The notes below the pieces were generated by a model. That model searched no databases. It was given only the letters and a program-made list of their open reading frames with translations, and was not told the DNA's origin. A stretch of DNA of 64,000 nt, taken from assembly GCA_965153285.1 (NCBI GenBank), contig OZ229122.1; one strand, given 5' to 3'. Origin of the DNA: Podarcis tiliguerta. Lineage: Eukaryota. The position numbers and the translations under genes are program-made. This document shows positions 47,501 to 61,826 of this stretch, piece after piece; the first letter of the stretch is position 1, and each line of letters begins with the position of its first letter.

Positions 47501-50114
47501 TTCAGTGTAGACAGTGCTGTTAGATGCACCAACGATCTGACTTAATAATAAGGTAGCTTTGTAGAAGTTTTCTTTTCCCCTGCTATCAATGATTACGTGT
47601 GTAGGCAGTGTAGCTCTCAAATATCTGTAGGCTAGTGACTTTTGTTGGCTTTTATGTGAGACTGCATTAAGTAGGTTCTGGGGGCGAGGGCAGGTTCAGA
47701 GACCAAGACTACTTGAAAAGCCCTGCTAGTGATGAAAATAGGCCCCTGCCCCCAAAGAGCTTGCAATCTAACTTTGGATATTGGGAGATGCAGTAAGTGG
47801 GCGTGGAGAGGCCAGCATAACAGAGGAATTGTACAGCACATGCTCACGCATTATACACACTAGGAGGAAGCATTATACACATTCAAGCAGTATACATATA
47901 CTAGGAGGAAGAGGCTGCTAACCAGCAGATCCACAGGTGCTGTTTAGAACTACTTGATTGCATCTCACTACTTTTCCAGTCTTGGATTGTTGCTTGCAGT
48001 GAATCTAAGTCTTGCTCCTTAAACTTAGCTTGCTTTCTGTCTGTCTGATCCTGCTTCTCCTGCCCCTAATCCATTGTTGCTTTCCATAGTATAGGGCTGC
48101 TTTCCCTAACACGAGTGCATGCCTGTCCCTCTCTGGGTCTTAGTGGAGGTAAATGAGATCTTGCCTCCTGGAAAGAGAAGGGGTAGGGGTGTGTGTGTGT
48201 GTGTGTGTGTGTGTGTAGGTTTGAACAAATAGTGAAAGGAGGGTAAGCACAAAGCAACCTCTTCAAATTTGCATATGAAAAATACCAGCATTTTTATTCA
48301 TGACCCCCAACAGCTGTCCACATTCATGCTGATCTTGAACATGACAGGGTGTTGAAAGGGTGTGGGAAGCACAAATTTTGCTTTAGCTGTAGCATCTTAA
48401 AACAAAGAGCTTCTGAGAGGTGTGCCTGAGTGTGAATACCCCTCAAGAGAGTGAACCAAAAGTAGCACACACAAAAACAACTTGGTGGAAAGCAGAATGA
48501 AAATTTATCATGTTCCCTTGAAGTATGTATACCCAACCTTTGATAACTTTACCCCGATTCTGCCCCCCCATATCAGCCCAAACAAACCAAGGTAAATAGA
48601 CTGATATAAATCAAGGTGATGGTTTTATGTCTCGGGTTTGAATTGTCGTTTTATATCACCAAGCAGAAAGGCCAGTTTAAACCATAGGTTTCAGTCTGGT
48701 CTCCAAACTTTATATCTCATTGATTTCCAGAGCAAGCATGCATACTAATTGGCTGCTGTAACATATGGACAGGATGCAGTGCGATTGCCTGGGAATCAAC
48801 ACTTGCAAGGCTATCCTACGAAAGCTAAATTGCAGGGTGTATATGTCTGTATGTGGGAGGGATTGTTTTGAACTGACAGGATAGGGGCAGGAGCTGGGCC
48901 TTGGAGGGGAGGAGGATGTTGAGGTTGGCGTGGTGAATGCTCTGCTCTACTTTTCATGGCTGCACATGGCCTGGGAGCCCTCTTGGAAAGAAACAGAAAT
49001 TGTGACTGTCCTTCCACTCAAGTGTGCTCTATACCCAATTGATTTTGAGTGGGTGGGTGAGGTTTCTTCTGCAATCTCTCAGTCTCTGCCCCAGGAAACT
49101 CTCCCATTGAGGTGCTGAGCGTGTTTACAAAGAGCTGTAATGGAACTGGTTTAGGAGAGGCACTTATGTGCACGGCCCTTTTGCCGTTCAATGTGCTGCC
49201 GCCCACCATAGCTTTCTGTGCAAATTGGTGTTAATTTGCTGTGGAAGCAACAACAAAAACAGATGGGAAGCTGCCTTAATAAGCCATCTCAATAAGACTC
49301 AACTAATCAGAGAGAGGTTATTTCAGAATAATGGCCTTGCTGGATCAGACTGAGTCCAGCATTCTGCTTCCAATAGCAACTGCGAAATGCTTCTGGATGC
49401 CTGTACGAAGGGACCTGAAGGTGACGGCTCACCCTGTTTTTCTGATTATAACACCTGGTACTTGGAGATATATTGACTCTGAACATGGAAGTTCCGTTTA
49501 ACTGCCATTTCCTCTATTTCCTGAATTCCCAGGCAAGTGCTGGTCCTTCCGCATCCAGAACAGCCAGAATCCATGCATGTCAATAGGTTTGGGTTGAGGG
49601 AACCTTGATAGAATTACAAAAAAAACTTTACAGGGGAAATCTTAAATGGGAGGTGGCGAGGAATCCAAAATAACCCAATAACAGTGGGCAAGGAATTCTC
49701 ATTGACTGTTGGGGGAACGGGAACTAGAAAACAGAGAGAGAAACAGGGTGGATCGAATGGAGAATACTGGAAAAGAACATGGCTAGCTGGCTGGAACCCT
49801 GAAGAGGAGCACGCCACACCTCGGCAAAATTGTGTTGCAGGTCACTGTTGTAGTGGCTATTAACCATTGATGGCCCCACATCCCTTCAGAGGTGGGCAAA
49901 CCTCAAAATTGGGGACCAAATGCGGTCCTCCGCACTCTTTATCTGGACTTCAAGACCCTTCCCTTCCCCTGCTTCCAGTCCAAACCTTTCCTGGAGCCCT
50001 GCTCTGAATTGTCCACAAGGTGCTTTTGCCTGCCTGTAAATATGATAACATCTCTTAAAAGCCTCTACTGCACCCTGTTCTTCTGCTTTAATCACTCCCC
50101 CATAACATGTAGCC

Positions 50115-50330
50115 CATGTGATGTAGTGGTTAGAGTGCTGGACTAGGACTTGGAAGACCAGGGTTCAAATCCGTACTCAGCCATGTAGCCCACTGGGTGA
50201 CCGGTCACTGTGACTCAGCCTAACCCGTCTCACAGGGTGGTTGTGGGAATAAAATGGGTGAAGAGTGTGTACCACCTAGAGCTCTTTGGACAAAAGGTGG
50301 AATATAAATGTACTACCAATAAATAAACAA
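50115..50330 (+). mobile_element. MIR/CORE-like tRNA-derived SINE
   Basis: A box (gtagtggttagag), B box (ggttcaaatcc), CORE-like ctcagcctaacc..ctcacagggtggttgtg and an A-rich tail. Related copies at about 29545-29720, 41670-41870 and 52400-52550. Confidence 0.7.
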
Positions 50331-53300
50331 TAAGGGAACTATGGGGGGTTGGGAGCTTAGGCCACAGCCAGGCACTTACTGTGTGACTTCCTCATATTGG
50401 TGTCACTGTCAGACAGCTTGCCTGTATTTCTCTGCCGACAGCCGATGTGAGTAGACCTAGAATGGGGAGATGTGATAGTTAAAGGAAACCTCTCCCAAGC
50501 AAGACTCAGAGCTGAGAAATTTGGAATAAGAGAAGAGTGGATGAGATGGACCATGCTGAGCCACAGCCTATTGGGGTCTGGTCATGCTTTGCATTGCAGT
50601 TGTGCTCTTTGTAGGCCTTCAAACTGAGTCACTGTCTTCCCTTCCCCCCCCCCACGCCTTGGGATATACTAGAAGGCCAAAGAAAATCCTAAATGTGAAC
50701 TCCCAAGATTGCCAACTGATTAGGGTGGGGAAATGAATAGGCCTGTTCCTGTGCATTTAATGGCAACTTGATCTTCCAAAAAGATCCGGTAAAGCTTTTC
50801 ACAGTATAGAGATGAGCACCCATCCTGCATATCAAGTTTCTGTTAAAACACAGGAGCTTAAAAAAAAGTTGGCAACCCAAACTCCAGACACATGCATTTT
50901 TTTAAGGGTGATCACAAAATCAAAGCACCCATGATTCTTTGTGAGCAGGTAGAGATGCAGTGCCTCAAAGAGCTTGTCCAGTTCTTGATGGGGGAAGGAA
51001 GTGTCCTGTGATGTACAAATGAAGCCTTTCATAGTGTCTGCTAGAAGAGCTTACATGAAAATCGGTACCCTAAGTGGCTATTAACTAACGGCGAGTGCTG
51101 ATGGAGCGTTTGTGCCATTCCCGTGAATAACAAATGAATTTGTGTCCCGTCAAAACAATGAGGATGAATTGCAACTGAATAAACATGAGCATGCTTTACA
51201 ATTTGCCATTCTTCCCAGCTGACTCACGTTGTGGTTTTCCTGCAATTTTGCACAGAGGCCATGCAAAGAAAGCCACCAAGAGCACAGTGCATCTCAGGAC
51301 GTCATCCCGCACTAACCATATTTGGGATTAAATGAATGATGGTTTGCACTTGCAGTAGGGCTTGTGCAGGAGAACATCCTGCTGGCTTGTGTTTCCCAGT
51401 GTCCATTGGATATAAGTGAGTATGGGTCAGGCTTCCTCAACCTCGGCCCGCCAGATGCTTTGAGACTACAATTCCCATCATCCCTGACCACTGGTCCTGC
51501 TAGCTAGGGATCATGGGAGTTGGTATAGGTGGACTGGGGACAGTTTTGCCCTCCAATGCATATAAAAAACAACACTCATATCTACTTAATGGGCACAGTA
51601 AATCCTAAACATACTTATTATGAAGTAAGTCTTGTGCAAGCAACAACACACCCAAAGCCTAGTGACTTTATTTAATTTAATTTAATTGATTTTATTTTAT
51701 TTTATTTTATTTTAATTTTATTTACTGGCTTAACTTGGGGTTGCTTTCAGGCTGTCGCTGTTTTGGGGTGGGATTCAGTTATATCCTGGAAAATAAAGGT
51801 CTTGCAATTAAAGCTGATTTGGAACCCTTGTGCAACAAACCTGCTTCCCTAAAAAATCAGGCTTTTTGTGATAAGGGAAGTGAGGGGGGAAAGCATTGGA
51901 AAGTGTGAGATAACACTTGCTTAACACAAGGGCAAATCAGGATGAATGCTCATTCAATATCAGGTTGTCAAACCTCTCAGCAACCAAATCAGGGTGAATG
52001 CTCAATTAACAGGTTGTCTGGAAGAGCAACCTATTTATTTAATTTATATCACACTCTTCTTCTGTGATGGGGCTCAGGGCAACATACATTGGGTCCCTGA
52101 TGCTGATCAGTCCTACTGCCTGATGTGCCTTCAAGGCCATGAATCTTATTTCTTCCACACTCCAAAGAGAAACATATCCTTTGAATGAGCCCCTCCCACT
52201 AGGATGTACTCCAGAGCTAAATTTTGCCTCAACTATAAAATAAGGTATTAAAGGACAAATTACTGGGTCAATATGTTAATAATGTGATAGGCACGTGTCT
52301 TTGTTTCTTCTTTTTGGTAAATAGCAACCTTGTTGGGTGGGGGTGCTGTTGATCCTGATTACTGTCCACCATGCTTCTGTTTGCTCCTGGAAGGAACTCA
52401 GTGTGGTGTAATGGTTAGCGTGTCAGATTAGGACCTGGGAGACTAGGGTTTGAATCCCCACAACCATGGAGCTCACTGGGTCTTGCCACTGGTTTTCAGC
52501 CTAGCCTACCTCACAATGGGAGGATAAAATGAGGAAGGGAGAACCATGTACAGTGTACACTGCAAATGGCACACACAGGCGTGACCATGCATGCTTTAAA
52601 CGTGTGCAAAATGAAAGTTGCCTGTATAACAACTTCAGCAATTGTGGTTTGAAGTTAGCTTGTTTGGACCTAATTATAGTTCAGATTAACCACAGTTCCC
52701 AGTCCAAGTGGCGTGATGTCCTAAACCTTTTCTTGTGGACTGGAGCTGTCTTCGAAAGAATCTCCTGGAGGTCAGACCTGGCACTGGGTTGAGAAAGTGT
52801 GTGTAGTTTATCTGCTGAGAGGAAGACAAGGTTGCTGCCTGTGAATCTATTCTGGGTCAATCCTGATTGCCGAAGTTGGCTTGGGAGTGGAGCTGGGCTT
52901 TATGAATATTTGATGGACTCTATTCCTGGCAGCAGCAGCATGTCCTTGAAGGTGTCGAACAGAAAGGCAGGTGCCTTTTGCGTGTGAGCTCCTAGGTAAG
53001 GATTGCCCTCCTCTTGTGGGAGACACGTCAGACCCAGAAAGCCTGTCGTGGGGACAAACCCATTGGTGTTTGGGTTTTTCTAAGGTTGATTTGCATTGAG
53101 CCTTGAGACTTGCATCCAATAAAGGTAGCAGAGTTACAACTCCCAGCATCTTTTAGCAAATCACAGTGCCTGGAATTCTTTGAAGGAAAGAATGAACTTT
53201 GAATATGCTTTAAAGGTATGGCGTGTACACAGCCTCATATAACGTAGCCTTGCATATTGTTTTTTCTTTCCCATTCAGGATCTGATGGATCATACATTTG

Positions 53301-53974
53301 TATGGTGTCATAAAATAGCCTACTACCACCACCCCTGTTCAGATTAGTGACTTTGAATCTGTTTAGTGACGAGTGTCCTCTGTGGCTAGGCTTCCTAGCT
53401 GGTGACACTGGGGACTGTTTACTTTGCAGACTCTTTCTGTGGGCAGCACACTTTCCTTTCATCTGGCTTGGATTGATTTGCGGGGGCTTTGTCAGTCCCG
53501 TCTCCTGTCAAGCTGAAGTAAGGACCAGATAAAGGTCACCTCCACACCATACATTTTAAGTTTGGAGCTGCGCTATAACTCAGCTCTTAGAAGCTAGATC
53601 TGCTGCAGCTCCTCCCATCTAGAATAGGGACGAGGAAGAAATTCATTCAGTTCACATTTTAATGCAAACCTACCTAATTCACATTTCCTGAACCAATCAG
53701 CTAGGGCTGAGGAGCCTTTTCCAGCCTGAAGGCCACATTCCCTTCTGGGGGCCACATGCCAGTGATGATTGGGGCCAGGAGCAAAAAGTGTGCGGAAACA
53801 GGGCAAACTGAACTTAAGGTTGGGAAAATGAGAAATTGAGAAACTGATGGATTTGTCCATCCTTAGGGAGGAGGAGTCGCACTTCTATTTCCTACATAAG
53901 CAGCCTCAGTTCCTGCCAGTCGTTTTTTTTAGTGGGGTAAAAACAAAGCCTTCTTTGTTTTCAACATGTTCTAA

Positions 53975-53991
53975 ATAGATAGATACTAAAT

Positions 53992-54041
<50 letters not shown>

Positions 54042-54090
54042 CAGATAGATAGATGATAGATAGATAGATACTAAATAGATACTAAATGAT
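53975..54090. repeat. (GATA)n tetranucleotide microsatellite
   Basis: Long interrupted tagatagat array. Confidence 0.95.
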
Positions 54091-56264
54091 TGTGATCCAT
54101 GCCCTTTTATTGTGAAGCCTGACCATGTAGTCTTGTGTTGGTAACTGAATACTTAGTAGTGAAGAAAAAAGTACGAGGTAGAAGCAGGATTATTTGCGAT
54201 CAGTGATGGGGACATTGATTGTAAAGTAATTGCAATGTGGCTTGGAAGATGAGTACTTTGTGCCTGGAGAGTATTGGAATACTGTATTCTTGTAGTTCTG
54301 TATATTGGATCAAATATGTTAAATAAAAAGTACTTTTCTGTGACACAATTTCAAACCGAACGTTTCAATTGAGATTTAGACATGTCGGATCAGACTTCAG
54401 GTTGAGGTGGGTGAGGAAGAGATTTTGATGAATGTGACAAAATTCTCAGTAAACTTCAATGGTCTCCTTTTAGATATATTGCAGACTACCGTAAGTTGCA
54501 AAAAAGTGGAAGAAAAAGAAAAGAAGTGTATTTTAAGACTGTTTGTTGTGTTTATATATATATATATATACTTCATAGTAACTATAGCAATGAAGTCAAG
54601 CAGTCGCCCTTTCCTTTTAAGTGAAGAGATCTGTGCCTTTCCAGATATCAAGCACATGTAACAATAGCCACTCACTGTGTAGAACCGATAACATGGCTTG
54701 GAGTATAGGTTCTTCTAAGGAATAAGTACATGGACTGAAACAAGGGGAGGAATGATGGATTTAAGATCTTTTTGCTCTTTGGTGAATTAAAGTATTACTG
54801 TGGAGCTGCATGAAATGCAGTGCGGAAATTTTAAGGCCTCAGGATGTTATTTAGCTAACCCCTAGCACACAAAAACAGGAGTATCCATCCACATAACAAC
54901 TTATGGAGACCAAAGTGTACCTCCAACAGGGAGAGCAGGTACAGTCTGCAAAGTAAGTGACTCTGGCAAGTGAGCCCAGCTACATGCTACAGGAGAAAGG
55001 TGGCATCACCAGCTATGATATATAGTCATGGGGAAAATTACAGCTGTTGTCTTTATCATGATATGCTATTGCCCATCCTTGAGCATGACATCAAATTAAG
55101 CACTGGAACGTAACAGATCCAAACCAGCAAAACTGGTCTCTAACGGCTAGATTTCTTTGAAAATACTTTGGGATTTCATCTTTTGCTGTATTAGAGGGCA
55201 GGACTGCAGATCTGCTGCAGTGCATTTAAATGCAGGCTGCAGATAATGCCAGCTATGGCGTCAGGCAGGCGGGAGCCCTCCTCAAGGGACGCTTTCTAGC
55301 AGGTCCAGAGGATCTTTTCCTTGTCTTATGAACTAGTTCAGCTATTTATCAGGTAGATTTGCTCCAGGTTGTCAGAGACTCATTGTGCCTATATTCTTGT
55401 TCTGCACTCCTGCAGTCCAAAACAATCTGTAGCATTTGGGGCTATTTGATAAATAATGCACTGAGAGCATTTGCCACATGCATGCTGATGTTCAGTGTGA
55501 AACTCATTAGATGTGAAATTCAGAAAAATGTTGATAAGAGACACATAAGTGGGCATAGGCCAGGGGGCTGAATGCAATCAGGGCTCCTTGGTGCGTGTCT
55601 AGTGCATGTCCCTCTGTGTGTGTCTGCAAACATTTCTAAGTCACACTTTATGGTGTTTGCGGCTTCTGACACCAGTGTACAAACAAAGGTGCATGCAGGG
55701 CTGCCACTTTGGTATTAAGGAGCAGGGTTTCAGAGGACACTCAGGTTTTTTGATGTATGTACAGTTCTCACTGTATGTGTGTCTGCTGAACAAAAACCAG
55801 GGTGTGTATGTGCTATGGTACAATGACTCTGTACCCACAGCCTGCATGCTGTTTTTTTGTTTTTTTAATGTGGAGGAATACTGGGCTTTATGAAGCTGCT
55901 CAAACGTGCCAACATGTGCAGACTTAGAGGGGTAGGGGAGAGAAATCTGGCTCACAAGATGGGACAGTACAGAAGGTGTTGCAAATTGTTTGTCTAAATA
56001 ACTGTTGCTAAGGGACTCGGAAGCAAGATGTGAGGCGGTCGTTTTTATGTGCTGGAACTACCAGGCATAAAGATCATGCTAGGCTGTGCTGCGTTGTTGA
56101 GTATAGACTATCAGGGACAGCTGAAGGGTTTTTGTTGCCCTAGGTCAATTAAAATCCTCCCCTCCCCTGCAACTTACTGTAGGCTGAGCAGCATAACTGT
56201 AACACATCAAATGGGCATGGGATGTTATTTTTGTTTTTAACTTCAATAATTGGACCATCATACC

Positions 56265-56400
56265 CAGGGCTTTTTTTCAGCCAGAACTCACTGGAATTCA
56301 GTTCCAGCACCTATGAGGTGGGCGCCATTGCCATTATAAGAGTACAAGGAAGGCGTTCATGGTGAGTTCTGGCAACTCTTTTTCTAGAAAAATAGCACTG
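56265..56400. mobile_element. hAT-type MITE
   Basis: cagggctttttttc...gaaaaatagcactg termini; perfect 8-bp TSD atcatacc (56257-56264 / 56401-56408). Confidence 0.88.
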
Positions 56401-58511
56401 ATCATACCACTCTACTCCACAGATTTGGATTAAATTCTATGCACCATCAGCTAACATATTTTAGACAATTCACTTCACATATAAGCATGCATTAGAAAAC
56501 TTGATCAATCCAGTTCTGTCTCCAAGACATTAACATAGCTGAGGCAAGAGCCTCTGGCATTTCTGGTGCCCCAGGCAGTTCCCTGATTTACCTCTAGGAC
56601 TGTGTCAGCCCTTCAGACTGTGAGGTGCCAGTGACATCAACTAATACAACTGTGTGAAAACTGGTTAGTGCGAAATATTTTGAGAAGTATGTGTGCTTCC
56701 ACTATTCCATCCTGAAACCACCACCATCTTCCAAACTAACTGCCTGTTGAGCATTCATTCTGATTGGTTTGCATGACGTTTGTGGGAGATTATACGTACG
56801 CTATTGGCTGTTTATGGAGCATTCATTGAGATTTGTTTGTGAGGAGATATCTTTCAACAAGCAATTGTTATCCAACACTTTCCAGTGCACTTTCCTGTCC
56901 CTTTCCTTGCTGCAAAAAGTTCAGGTTTTGGGGGGCTGGGGAGGGAAGTGGGTTTGTTGCACAAGAGCACCAAATCCACTTTTATTGTGCAACCTGAATT
57001 TGCTGGTGTGTGATTGAATCCCACCCACAAAATAGTAGTAGCCAGGAAACTCCCTAGTTTGCAACTCACAGCAGGACCAATGCTTGCAGCATTAGCACTC
57101 TTGAAGTCATTAAATTGAGATGAATGGGATTTGGGGGAAAGAATTTGCTTGAGAATCACATCACAAAATGTCTTAATTTATATTTTCTTAACTAGATAAT
57201 CTTTTTCAACCTTTCTTTCTATGGATTCTATTAAGTAACAGATGTAGGACACAAATGTTTTATTTATACCTACCATTGTAGGGGAAGTGAACAGTTATTA
57301 GAGCTAGCTGGTAAATATTGGGGGATGGGGGTTGTAGGTTTTGGTTTTCATGGTATCCTCCAGCAGTCTTGAGCACCATGCCAAATAACAGTGACCTTTT
57401 GTATTTAAGGAAAGTACACTAGAGTGCTATTTTTCAAATTATTTTCAATAATATCTAAAGCAAAAGAAAGTAATAAGATGCAGAATCATTGTAGGGATAC
57501 TACTGGAAAACAAATAATCAAAGGCAGTGCTGTCAAGCATCCATTTGCCAGAGCTACTTAAATTTCAGAAGCAGAATTTGAAAAATATTTGGAATTCCAA
57601 GGAAGTCAAACTTGAAAACTGTGCCTTAGTTGTCAAATTTGACTAGCATTATTCTCCAGCTCTGCTATTGAACAGGAGCCATGATCACATTAAATCTGGC
57701 TAGTGAAGAGTAGATTTCAGATTGCTAGGTGCTCGCTAAAATTGTTTCTGGATCACAGTTGTGCTGGAAGATGGAGGCTGTCAGGCAGTGACTCGGGGTC
57801 CCCTGAAAGATTCATGCCACTTGGGACACCCTGACAGCCAAGATGCCTGCTATTTATGCTTGTGTAGCTCCTTGCAGAGGGTGGAAAGAGGGCATCGTCT
57901 TCGTTGAAACCACTATTTTCTAACATAATGAACTGTTCTTGCCCTTTAATGACCACAGCTGACTCTGCCAACAGTAACAGGGTCCTTTTTAATGCACAAG
58001 ATGACTCTTCAGGGTATCAGGATGGTCATACGTGCTCCAATGTTACAAGTCAATTTGCACCTTCAGTACCTTTCTTGATGGTCTCATGGCATCTGTCACA
58101 AGTCATGCATGGTCTGAAGCTTTTTGCAGGAAACCTGTAAGATTTTGTACCACAAACATTCTGATTTATTATTTTTTGGGAGGGTGTGGGTTCTACTTTT
58201 GTTGTGCTATAGCCCTGGCAATGTGCTGAACTAATTTAGCTTATTTGTGGTGTACTTCACGGTGATGCTGAACACTGCCATTCTTTTTTTTTGGGGGGGG
58301 GGAGATGGAAACAAGCAAAGGTTTAGCACAGCAATCATAGCCTTTAAAGCTGTTTAAAAGTGTAACGGTGGTGCACAGCTGACTACACTTGAAGGAGTGG
58401 GGAAGGGAGAGAAGTTTGTGCTAGGGCATCCTGGCAATTTACTCAGTTAAAATTGTTTTTTAAAAAGAGGCAGGAGTAGGCACACGTGCGTATGTCCGTA
58501 CGTGCTCGCTC

Positions 58512-58543
<32 letters not shown>

Positions 58544-59458
58544 GCTCCATTGGTCCTTCCAGCTAGTTGCTTTTTCATCTCTCTTGTCCATGCTGACTAA
58601 TTCACTCTCACCCTCATCATTCACTTGCTTTCCTCCTCTCTCCAGCATGCTCTGGGAGCCATTCTGTGGGTCAAGCTCTCTGGGAGCAGGCATTGCACCA
58701 TAATGCAGCTACCTTCCAGCTTGAAAAAAGAGGGGGAGTGCGCAGTAATTGTGCGAAAGCCTCTTGCAACCTGGCGTGCTGACAATTAACAGGGGTGGAG
58801 AAGATAAAACATTTGGATGCAGGATTCCAACCTTTCAGGCGCAGGTGGAGGAGAGTGGGGAGTGAACCTCATGGGGTTGGGGACAAGGCAGGAAGACCTC
58901 ACAAACTCCAAATAAAACATATATTTTTTTCTGGAAAGAGGGGGGCATTTCTCCATAACTTTGGGAAGCTTTACAAATTGGGGCTTAATCTTGCTGAATC
59001 CCAGCCAGGGTGATATAGCGCTATAGCTTATTCTAAAGAGCATGCAGGGTGGTAGTCCATCGTAGTGCAACTAATTTCCATTAAAAGAAATATGGAGAGG
59101 AGGACAGATGGCAAGAACAGAAACAAAGGACTGGGTGGAGTCAAACGAGGACAGGGTAGAGTAGATAATGTGTCAGTATAGAATAGTTGTCTGGAGGTGA
59201 CATTACTCCTTCCCATGATCACTTCAGCAGAAAAATATTTCTCTTCTCAGTCACCAGGGTCAACTGGGTCGAGACTTAAGCAAAAAATAAAATATATACA
59301 CTAGAACTAGCATGGTCTCTTTGTGATTAGTAGTTCTACTTACCTCATGGACTCTTTCTCAGCTTGACAAATATGAATAGTTCATCCTTACCTTCTGATA
59401 TTTAATCAGACATTACCTATGCAAGTCAGATTCTTTCTTGGACTTGATTTCCCATCTG

Positions 59459-59597
59459 TCATAGACTCATATAGTTTGAAGGGACCATTGGGGTCATCTA
59501 CTCCAACACCCTGCAATGAAGGAATCTTTTGCCCAACATGGGGCTTGAACCCACAACCCTGAGATTAAGAGACTCATGCTCTACCAACTGAGCTATT
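59459..59597 (-). mobile_element. SINE with a tRNA-Lys(CTT)-derived head and CR1-like 3' tail
   Basis: Reverse complement reads tagctcagttggtagagcatgagtctcttaatctcagggttgtgggttcaagccccatgttgggc (tRNA-Lys-CTT-like), then ...tgcagggtgttggagtagatgacccc..ggtcccttc...ctatga. Confidence 0.8.
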
Positions 59598-61429
59598 CTA
59601 GATAGATGTGATAACAGGTTCATAGTGAGCATCATTGATACAAGGATTGCAAAGCATTTTTTTTGCAAGTGCTGGAGAAGAGATTTTAAAAGAATGTTCT
59701 ATTCTGACTGGACATGAATATGGGCCCCTCCCATGCATCTCACAGAAAGGCTTTGATTTGGCTGAAGGACCCTTGTGTGCTCTGCCTCAGCACAGTGCCC
59801 ACAGATTGGTTCTTGTGTCACCCTTCTCTTGACATTTGCAAGAAGCCAAAGAGAAGGTTGCATTACAGTAAGGTTCAATAGTCATGAATTAACAGTCTGC
59901 TATTCTCATCTCCTATCACCTGCCCAAAGGGCACTATAGACCATTAATTTCTTTTCCTCACTGTATCCCAGGCTGAGGGCAGAGGGAGAATGTACTTCTC
60001 TAGGTTGGTGCCTGTCTCCCCACCCCCCCATGGAACAATGATGAGGAAAGTAGTGGCTAGATTTGGGGAGGGTAGAGGGTGGAAATACATGTTGTGTAAC
60101 TTTTATTTATATGAATAAGGAGTTTGACCCCGTACTCTGAATTTACTTTGCTGCCAGCCAGGCAGCAGAACTCAAGAATATCCATTCACAAAAATGCCTC
60201 CCCACAGAAGCCAACATCTAATAAATCCTTTTTGCAATAATTTTGTGGGGCAGTTTTCTCAGCACATGCTGGTTAGCTGGAGAGAAGTGTGCCTCTGAGC
60301 ACATAGATGCAGTGTTGATCACAACAAGTTTCCATGGAACTAGCCGTTATATCATGAGAGAGGGTATGTGAAGAGGAACAGGGTTTTTTTTTTGGGGGGG
60401 GGGAATTAACTTCTTATATACAATGTGGTTTAGCTTACTTGCTTTGAATTAAATGGCTCTGCCTTACTTTTACTTTTTCCAGTACTACATAGATTGGTTC
60501 ATTCACTCGAGAATCTGTGTGGTGCAACTGCTGGTGGCATCCTGTAGCCTCTGCCTTGAGTGTGGTGGATAGTGTGTGAATATTCATGCTAGGGGTTTGG
60601 ACTTGATTATCTTTTGGTCCCTTTCAGCACTGTGATCCTTAAAAAGAGAGAAGCTCCGAGAGGTCACTTGCCCTGGATGGATTAGCACTCACAGTTCAAA
60701 GCTGAATCCATTTACTTTGAGCTAGCAATTATGGCACAGCTTCATACAGCTTAACTATGGAGTATCAAGACCCTTCAAATCCACACGGACCAAGATCTGT
60801 TTACTTTACAAGTCATTTCCATCTAAATGATCATACAGCTTAATCCTCTCTTGGGTTGGGTTGGGGGAGTTGGCATATGCAAATATTCCTGTGCTAACTG
60901 GTGTTTACATATGCTAATAACATCTGATCCGTTTGGTGCCAGCTGGTCCAGTCACCGTGAACCATTGTCTCCTCTTGCCTCTGTTACTGTCATAATTTGC
61001 TCCATCAAGGCCCTGACATGTTGCTGTTTCAGGCTGTTTTTAAGGCATTCAATTTCCCCCTATTTCCCCCTCTTCCTGGCATGAGTCCATCAGGGCATGT
61101 TTCCTGGACAGAGTTGCAGAAAACAACTCCTGAGTTTCCTCCATGTTTTTGTTTTTGATCCCAGAGCTCAGCCTGCAATTTCATAAGGCAACAAATAGCA
61201 CCTTTCTGGTATACGCTCAGTGTATCTTGTTTTTAGTAATAAGTAAGCATGGCCAACCCCCTGAAAATTTGGAATGAGGAAATAGAAATGGATTGAGGAA
61301 ATAGAAATGTAAATGTATGGGGGGATGGGGGGAAATGGTGTTGGCTTTGGTACATCTGTATTGTAAAGTAATAGGTGAAAACAAAAAATAAATAAATAAA
61401 ATGGAATAAGATGTGAAGATGAAGGTCTG

Positions 61430-61580
61430 CAACTCAGTGACAGAGCATCTGCTTTGTATGCAGGGCTGGGAGAACTCCTTGCTTGAAACCCTGTAGAGAT
61501 GCTGCCAGTCAGTGTAGGCAGTAGTGTGCTACATGGACCAAAGATGCGACTCAGTGGAAAACAGCTTCCTGTGTTCCTAT
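61430..61580 (+). mobile_element. Squamate tRNA-derived SINE fragment (...gctgccagtcagtgtag...cagcttcct family)
   Basis: The same sequence recurs at about 24110-24180 and 47385-47560 (+) and 13535-13620, 14145-14230, 19505-19700, 26395-26430 and 44765-44845 (-). Confidence 0.65.
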
Positions 61581-61812
61581 GTGAAAAGAATCCAATTTCT
61601 TTGTGGAATTTAGATTTGTGGGCCTTCCATTTTAGAAATCAAGCAAATGGGCACCACACTACCAACCAATCTCAGCTGGTTACTGTAACCTTTTCAGCAG
61701 CCCCGAGCTTCCCCTCAGATGCAGGAATTAATTTCCCAGGCTACCAAACCCCAAGGGAAGGCTTAATAGGACGCCGGGAGCACAAGTTCAGGCCTAGATA
61801 TGGGTGAGGTGT

Positions 61813-61826
61813 GTTTCCATGGCAAC
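61813..61826. promoter_or_regulatory. RFX X-box motif GTTTCCATGGCAAC in ASIC2 intron 1
   Basis: Matches the palindromic RFX consensus GTTNCCATGGNAAC at every fixed position; function not shown. Confidence 0.45.

Noticed and set aside
59531-59597. Functional tRNA-Lys(CTT) gene
   Set aside because: The 5' acceptor stem is missing, there is a mismatch in the anticodon stem and CpG decay, and it is fused to a CR1-like tail, so it is a SINE head.
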